Part shown: piece by piece, positions 58,274-64,000 of the stretch
Position numbering within the stretch: position 1 is the first letter of the stretch
How the letters are laid out: each line of letters starts with the position of its first letter
Assembly: GCA_964419615.1 (NCBI GenBank)
Contig: CAYQPU010000002.1
Location: 16,096-80,095, forward strand
Length of the DNA: 64,000 nucleotides
Direction of reading: 5' to 3'
Source of the DNA: an uncultured Methanosarcinales archaeon
Lineage (GTDB): Archaea; Nanobdellota; Nanobdellia; Woesearchaeales; JAGVZT01
Program-made: the position numbers and the translations under genes
Notes under the pieces: generated by a model
Told to the model about the DNA's origin: nothing
Seen by the model: the letters and a program-made list of their open reading frames with translations, nothing else
Database searches by the model: none

Positions 58274-59005
58274 ATGCAGCAAAAAATATTCTCTTTGCTT
58301 TTAGAGAATGATGAAATAACTTGGCAAACAATCATTGCCAAACTTGTAAAAGAGGAACAAATGGATCCATGGGATGTAGATGTATCCTTGCTTTCTAAAA
58401 AATATATTCAAATGTTAAAAAAACTAAAGGAACTAGACTTTAGAATAAGTGGAAAAGTATTACTTGCTGCAGCTGTTTTATTAAAAATGAAATCTTCTCG
58501 TCTAGTGGGAGCAGATATGACTGAACTTGACAGATTAATTGCAAGTGCAGAACAATATGGAGATGATTTTGGAGACGAATTTTATGATGAACTTGAAAGA
58601 GAGTTCATGGACCTACATCCACAAGAAAAACCAAAGATTCCAAAACTTGTACCAAGAACACCGCAACCAAGAACAAGAAAAGTAAGCGTGTATGACTTAA
58701 TGGAAGCACTGGAAAAAGCACTGGAAGTCAAAAGGAGAAGAGTCATAAGAAATATCCCAGCAAGAAAAATTGTAGTTCCTGACAAAGAAAGAGACATAAC
58801 TGAGATAATCAAAGAAGTTTATGGCAAAGTAAAAGAAGTCTTTGAAGCTGGAACAAAAAAACTATTCTTTAAAGAGCTTATAACATCAGATGCAAAAGAA
58901 GATGTAATTTTAACATTCATACCATTACTTCATCTTGTAAAAGAACGAAAAGTTGATTTAGAACAAAAAAAACACTTTGGACCAATTGAGATTCAGTTGA
59001 AATAA
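58274..59005 (+). CDS. scpA: Segregation and condensation protein A (kleisin)
   Basis: MDPWDVDVSLL, SGKVLLAAAVLLKMKS, VSVYDLMEAL, FIPLLHL...LEQKKHFGPI. Confidence 0.92.
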   Translation: MQQKIFSLLLENDEITWQTIIAKLVKEEQMDPWDVDVSLLSKKYIQMLKKLKELDFRISGKVLLAAAVLLKMKSSRLVGADMTELDRLIASAEQYGDDFGDEFYDELEREFMDLHPQEKPKIPKLVPRTPQPRTRKVSVYDLMEALEKALEVKRRRVIRNIPARKIVVPDKERDITEIIKEVYGKVKEVFEAGTKKLFFKELITSDAKEDVILTFIPLLHLVKERKVDLEQKKHFGPIEIQLK

Positions 59006-59120
59006 ATGATTATTTATTAAAATGGTCTGCTAGTTCTAAATATTCAAGAAAATTTAACTTTATGATAATCTTTGGCATGATCTAATCTTGTGAAATATAT
59101 AAAGCTTATTGAAAGCCTTA

Positions 59121-60077
59121 TTATTTTGGATCATAAACAGCCAAAGGTACATCTGCATGATTATTTTTATATACTGAAAAACCAATTCCTTTTTCCACAA
59201 GTTTATCAGTTATCTCTAGAAATGTATCTCTCATTGAATATGTTGATTCAGCTGTAAAAACACCTCTAGGATGAAATAACAGAGATGACCTGTCTGGCTT
59301 AAAATTAACTGTGTTTTTTTCTCCACTTTGGCAAGTAACTTCATATCTTTTATTACCATATTCCTGGAAAGTCATATCAAAATCATCTGTATATCTTGCA
59401 CCAACAACATGATTCAAAGGTTCTTTTCCTTTCACCATACCTTTGAGAACTCCTCCAAATTCTTCAATTTGAGAAGAATCTGCATCTAAAGCAAGATACA
59501 AATTATCTTTCATAGAGTATTCATCCAATAAAATTTCTCCTTTAGGAACAGCAGCTAATTCTTCTCTCCATTCACAAAAATTTTTCTTTGTATAACTTGC
59601 CAAATGTCTTGAATTATCATGTCCAAAAACATGAAAATCCATTCCACTTCTAGTTAATAGCATTGAGATTTCCATAAATGCATCACGTAAATATAGTGGT
59701 GCCTCTTCATGCCTAACAAATTCATCATCAAGTTCGCATCTAATAGCATTCTCAGCCGGTGAGAAATAAACAACAACCTCTCCTCCGCTGAGAGGATCCA
59801 TTAAAAACCTTTTTTCTCCAATTGCTCTGGAGATTTGATCACTAAAATCCTCACGGTGAACCTCATCAACGTAAGGACCAGAACCAATAGATACTAAGTG
59901 ATCAAAATTTCTAGCTAGTTTTTCTAGCTGTTCATCACTTGCTGACAAATCTATAATCAGTTCGTCCTCCATACCATAAATTCCCCTTAAAACGGCAAAA
60001 CTATCATCTGGTACACTATCCAAAGCTTTTAACCATTCTGAGTAAGTTTGTCCATCTAGCATCTGCATTGTAATCAT
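59121..60077 (-). CDS. Hypothetical protein with an internal two-fold repeat
   Basis: EW...L..VP...LxLxLxA and RD(A/T)F(M/L)EI...L...G..F.V(F/Y) each occur twice. Confidence 0.6.
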   Translation of the reverse strand: MITMQMLDGQTYSEWLKALDSVPDDSFAVLRGIYGMEDELIIDLSASDEQLEKLARNFDHLVSIGSGPYVDEVHREDFSDQISRAIGEKRFLMDPLSGGEVVVYFSPAENAIRCELDDEFVRHEEAPLYLRDAFMEISMLLTRSGMDFHVFGHDNSRHLASYTKKNFCEWREELAAVPKGEILLDEYSMKDNLYLALDADSSQIEEFGGVLKGMVKGKEPLNHVVGARYTDDFDMTFQEYGNKRYEVTCQSGEKNTVNFKPDRSSLLFHPRGVFTAESTYSMRDTFLEITDKLVEKGIGFSVYKNNHADVPLAVYDPK

Positions 60078-60195
60078 TGATTTATTTAATTAAATTGTGC
60101 TAAAAAATTCCAAATTTTATGTAAGAAAACAGATTATCTTCCTAAATATTTGATTTTTATATATTAAATAATTAAAAAAAAGAAAAAATAAAAAA

Positions 60196-60546
60196 TTAAT
60201 CTCTTGTTACGTAATATAGTGTTGTTATTGCAACAACTGCTGCTGCTGGTCCAACAAATGTGACTACATTGTTCAGGAATGCAGATAAATAGCCTCCTGC
60301 TAAAGGTAAGTCAGCCAAGACATCTGCCATGAAACCACCTGCTACCATCCATGCTAAGGTACTTAGCAAGAAAGGAGTAGCCTCTTTCTCAGACACGTTT
60401 AAGACTCCTACTACTAGCCCTAAAACTGCCAGCAACCACACTGCCCAAGGAACTTCAACAAAAGCTAGCACAACTGCTAATACAAGTGCTAAGTAGAATG
60501 CCCATGGACCATATTTGGTTAAATCCATTTTCTTTGCGATAATCAT
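60196..60546 (-). CDS. Small multi-TM membrane protein (start probably at MDLTK)
   Basis: Four hydrophobic segments; GAGGTGA SD. Confidence 0.7.
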   Translation of the reverse strand: MIIAKKMDLTKYGPWAFYLALVLAVVLAFVEVPWAVWLLAVLGLVVGVLNVSEKEATPFLLSTLAWMVAGGFMADVLADLPLAGGYLSAFLNNVVTFVGPAAAVVAITTLYYVTRD

Positions 60547-60645
60547 TCACCTCTCTTTTTATTAATAAATTATTTTTTAGATTCTCAGTATATAAACCTG
60601 TCGATTTAGTTTTTAAATAATACGAGTTTTTTACTCTAGAGTGAA

Positions 60646-61194
60646 TTATCGAGCTTTCACATAAAGCTTCTGAGGAGTACCATATGATGTAGGCGTTCCA
60701 CCGACACTAGAGAAAACAACAGTATCAAAAACATAGGTACAAGGTGGGACATTAGAAGGAACTTTCACCCCCACCACAAAAATATCTTCAGCTTGGTTAT
60801 CAATATTTCTAGTTGATTCCATTGCACTTCCAGAAATGATTCCTTCTCTCACAGCAACCCAACCTAACTGAGAAGCACAACCTCCAACATTAGCTGCACT
60901 TATCTGCATTGTAAAAGCCGTCTCTACACCTAGAATATTACGAACACCAACTGGAAAAACTGCAAAAGTTTTACCACGGGTAACTTCTTTAACATTAACT
61001 GGAGAAACAACAATTCCTCCATCATCCAAAAGTGCCCAGATTTGTCTTTCAGTTTGCTCATCCAAATCAAGCTGCATCTCATATCCCTTTGCAACCATCT
61101 GTCTTGTAAGATAAATTCCCATGGATAAGACTGCCATACTAACTATTATAATTACTAAAAAATTAACAGAAAGACTAACTGCGCCTTTCTTCAT
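60646..61194 (-). CDS. Class III signal-peptide pilin-like protein
   Basis: MKKG|AVSLSVNFLVIIIVS; C-terminal Ig-like strands. Confidence 0.7.
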   Translation of the reverse strand: MKKGAVSLSVNFLVIIIVSMAVLSMGIYLTRQMVAKGYEMQLDLDEQTERQIWALLDDGGIVVSPVNVKEVTRGKTFAVFPVGVRNILGVETAFTMQISAANVGGCASQLGWVAVREGIISGSAMESTRNIDNQAEDIFVVGVKVPSNVPPCTYVFDTVVFSSVGGTPTSYGTPQKLYVKAR

Positions 61195-61421
61195 TTCAAA
61201 AACTCATACTCCTTCACAATCAGCCACATGAACAACATCAGCAAAACACTACCAACAATTATCCATGAAAAACCTTGGAAAAAGTCACTATCCACTATGA
61301 TTCTGTACAAACCAAAAACCATAACTCCTGTTCCAAGCCACAGATATTTGTCTAGTACTAATTTAAGAATCTCAAATTCCTCTGATTTTGAAAGTTTTTT
61401 CTTTTTACCCATAAATATCAC
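61191..61421 (-). CDS. Small two-TM membrane protein
   Basis: EEFEILKLVLDKYLWLG plus two TMs. Confidence 0.7.
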   Translation of the reverse strand: MIFMGKKKKLSKSEEFEILKLVLDKYLWLGTGVMVFGLYRIIVDSDFFQGFSWIIVGSVLLMLFMWLIVKEYEFLK

Positions 61422-61422
61422 C

Positions 61423-61950
61423 TCATTTAATATTAATCAAAATATCTTGATAAACCACCTGGTCAGGTGCGCTTCCAACATTATCCTTTGCTTCAACTTT
61501 TAGAGTACATGAATGAATACCCGATGGAGCAGTTGTCAAAGCAGAGATACTTGTTGAAAAACTTACGTCCTGATTAATTGCTACAATTTTAGGACCTGGC
61601 TCTGTAAACTCAAAATGAGCTGTTGTCTCCACACCTTTCATATAACAACTATGAATATAGGTCCTAGATAGTCTTTCTTCACCAAATTTATTAAAAAATC
61701 CGGCCCCAAGTGAAACTTCCATTCCTCTTCTCAAATCAAATTCTGCTTTAGACAGAGTAAACGGTTTTTCAAATGACGGAGGATTATCAACCAAAGTCTG
61801 TTTACCAATATCTTCTATCTGTTTTCCTAAGTTTCCAAAAATATTTCTTGTAAATGCTAGTGCTAAACCTAAAATCGTAATCGCAATAATAAGCACCACG
61901 ATTGCATTTGTAGAAAGCGCTAAACTACCTTTCTTCTTCATAATATGCAC
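61423..61950 (-). CDS. Class III signal-peptide pilin-like protein
   Basis: MKKKG|SLALSTNAIVVLIIAI. Confidence 0.7.
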   Translation of the reverse strand: MHIMKKKGSLALSTNAIVVLIIAITILGLALAFTRNIFGNLGKQIEDIGKQTLVDNPPSFEKPFTLSKAEFDLRRGMEVSLGAGFFNKFGEERLSRTYIHSCYMKGVETTAHFEFTEPGPKIVAINQDVSFSTSISALTTAPSGIHSCTLKVEAKDNVGSAPDQVVYQDILINIK

Positions 61951-62019
61951 CTCTTTTTTAATATAATAGTATATTCTTCATATAAAACATTTATATATTT
62001 TTCTATTAATTCATAATAT

Positions 62020-63648
62020 ATGCAAAAAAGTCTATTGAAAAAATTCAGCTTTTTGCTATTCCCTTTAATTTGGCTTATTATATCTGCTGTTTATCAAAAC
62101 AGATTTTATCATAGATTCTCTGGAATAATTAATACTTGTTGGCAAATCATATTTTTCCTATTTTTGATAACTGGAACGCTCTTTGCCATACTCCAGATTA
62201 AAAAAATAAAATACAAACGAATATTGATACCTATTGCAGTAATCCTTATTGGATTCTTAATCAGAATTCACATTGTTAAACTTGGTTTTATAAGACCCAT
62301 AAGAGCAACAGAATTCATACTCTATTCTAATCCTGCTAACTATCACCCAATGTTTGCTGGGTGGGGTATGTTTTTGTCCATAGCTTTCAAATTTCTGCCA
62401 AGTAAGATACACAGCATATTTATAGTGAATGCAGTTCTTGGATCCATATCTCCAATAATTGTTTTTTATTTGGTAAAAGAACTATCCAAAAACAAAAAAA
62501 TAGCCAAAATATGTGCTGGCCTATGGCTAATATGTCCATTATATCTCATCATAACAACAACAGAGAGTTACACTGCACCAGCAATATTTTTTTCTTTATT
62601 AACATTCCTTTTTCTTTTTAAATTTCTCAATAAAAAAAAGATTCCTTTCTTTATTATTTCATTAGCTTTCTTAGGTGTAGCAATAATGATGAGACCAGAA
62701 TACATCTACTTAATACCTATCTATTTCATCACTCTGATATCATTCAACACAAATATAGATGTCAAAAAGATTAAACTTTTTATCTTAATATTTTTCCTGT
62801 TAATCACTCCATATTTTATTGCTTTAGTGAATGGCTATTCTAGTTTGGACTGGGACAAAGATCTTCATGGAAAAGAGATAGACAACACAAAATGGTACTA
62901 TAACTATCCTCTCCAATATTTTAATCTATTCAAGGAAAACATTGTTCCAAACCTTATTCTGGTTTTATTCTCTGATCAAGATATCTTGCTGACTACCAGA
63001 CTATTATTCCTAATTGGCTCTTTTATTATGATATATCGTAAGGATAAGAAATCTGTTTTTATTATGACGTATTTTTTAATCGTGTTCCTGACTTATGTCT
63101 CAATGCATCAAGAATCATTTACAAATGGTGAGCATAAATATCTGCCCAGCTTGCTAATACCTGTGATTATTAGTGCAGGGTATGCAATCAACAGATTAAC
63201 TAAATCACTACCAAGAAAAAAAGCAATCACTTTGATAGCTCTAATCTTTATCTTAAACATCTCTTTAAGCAGCATAAAAATCTCAAACTTTTCTAAAGAA
63301 AGACAGCAATCTCCTTTTTTTGAGGAGTATGATAAATTAAAAAAAATCCCTAACATCAAAAAGTCATGTCTTGCAATAGGTAATGGATATGGTTCATTAC
63401 TTCCTTTTGTATTTGAATTTAAAAATAGGGCAATGGTTGAATCAACCAATGAGTTAAAATCAATTTTAAGTTCCAATCCCCCTTGCGCATATTATTATTA
63501 TTATGGTTATTATACCATGGAAAAAGACAAATCTGAAGGAAAGCTCAGAATCTATAACACATCAAAGATTAAACAATTCTTGGCTGAAAAAGGTTTTATA
63601 AAACTCTATTCGTCAGAAATGACATTCTCCCAAAATAAATCCGACTAA
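62020..63648 (+). CDS. GT-C fold glycosyltransferase; 3' end probably supplied by the adjacent IS end
   Basis: Multi-TM; TTTESY, MRPEY, HKYLP; the stop codon lies inside the IS hairpin. Confidence 0.7.
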   Translation: MQKSLLKKFSFLLFPLIWLIISAVYQNRFYHRFSGIINTCWQIIFFLFLITGTLFAILQIKKIKYKRILIPIAVILIGFLIRIHIVKLGFIRPIRATEFILYSNPANYHPMFAGWGMFLSIAFKFLPSKIHSIFIVNAVLGSISPIIVFYLVKELSKNKKIAKICAGLWLICPLYLIITTTESYTAPAIFFSLLTFLFLFKFLNKKKIPFFIISLAFLGVAIMMRPEYIYLIPIYFITLISFNTNIDVKKIKLFILIFFLLITPYFIALVNGYSSLDWDKDLHGKEIDNTKWYYNYPLQYFNLFKENIVPNLILVLFSDQDILLTTRLLFLIGSFIMIYRKDKKSVFIMTYFLIVFLTYVSMHQESFTNGEHKYLPSLLIPVIISAGYAINRLTKSLPRKKAITLIALIFILNISLSSIKISNFSKERQQSPFFEEYDKLKKIPNIKKSCLAIGNGYGSLLPFVFEFKNRAMVESTNELKSILSSNPPCAYYYYYGYYTMEKDKSEGKLRIYNTSKIKQFLAEKGFIKLYSSEMTFSQNKSD

Positions 63649-64000
63649 AGTCGGGGGTTTCTCACGCAGAACTAACAACTTAAACTTTTCCCTCTTTCAG
63701 AGGTCATTCACATTAAAAGTTTAAGAGAAGTTCTGCTTAAGCGAGAAACGCCCTGATACAAATAATCACCTTTAATTATGAGGTGATTACTATGTTAAAA
63801 CACAAATATCCGCACTTTAATCCAGAAGTGCACAAAATTGAGAGTAAAATAGCAACAGTCCGAAAAGGACATCATTGCAAATTTAACATCAATTATCACA
63901 TTATCTGGATACCAAAGTACAGAAAGCCTATCCTAAAAGGAAAGGTCAAAGATGTTTTAAGGACTATTATTAACGGAATCTGCTATGATATCAGATTGAA
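63621..64000 (+). mobile_element. IS200/IS605-family element, left end and start of tnpA (runs off window; exact left boundary uncertain)
   Basis: Subterminal hairpin CCGACT-AA-AGTCGG (63641-63654); structured leader; Y1 transposase start. Confidence 0.8.
63792..64000 (+). CDS. tnpA: IS200/IS605 Y1 HUH transposase, N-terminal part (missed by the ORF track)
   Basis: MLKHKYPH...RKGHHCKFNINYHIIWIPKYRKPILKG; SD GAGGTGA at 63780-63786. Confidence 0.88.
   Translation, partial: MLKHKYPHFNPEVHKIESKIATVRKGHHCKFNINYHIIWIPKYRKPILKGKVKDVLRTIINGICYDIRL

Overview
AT-rich archaeal window, most likely from a DPANN / Woesearchaeota-like genome. This rests on a fused PriS-PriL primase, Bud32, RIO1, archaeal Lhr, ScpA, class III signal-peptide pilin-like proteins, BRE/TATA promoters and GGTGA ribosome-binding sites. 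Bases 1-15.8 kb hold an expanded His-Xaa-Ser (hxs) radical-SAM peptide-modification locus: a precursor with 27 His-x-x triplets, HxsB, two HxsD-like genes, six HxsC-like paralogs (one cut by the window edge, one frameshifted), a HemN-like and a long SPASM radical SAM, an A24 prepilin-type peptidase, a TPR protein and a Cys/His-motif protein. Two GT-C glycosyltransferases follow it. Inside the locus is a ~600-nt non-coding array of modular hairpins. The rest is housekeeping genes (pyrG, primase, cysteine synthase, cysS, bud32, rio1, lhr, scpA, lemA) mixed with small islands of unknown genes. Other non-obvious elements: (i) two dispersed copies of a ~140-150-nt structured RNA-like motif with compensatory stem changes (28900-29049 +, 49487-49626 -); (ii) a tRNA-Gln(CTG) with an 89-nt BHB-type intron in the T-loop (59/60); (iii) a compact SerK-like gene in an operon with cysteine synthase and CysRS, downstream of a large Cys-rich surface protein; (iv) an IS5-type transposase remnant fused in frame to a membrane-protein start; (v) an IS200/IS605 element with a highly structured left end at the right window edge. 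All family assignments come from motif recognition by eye; no database searches were run.
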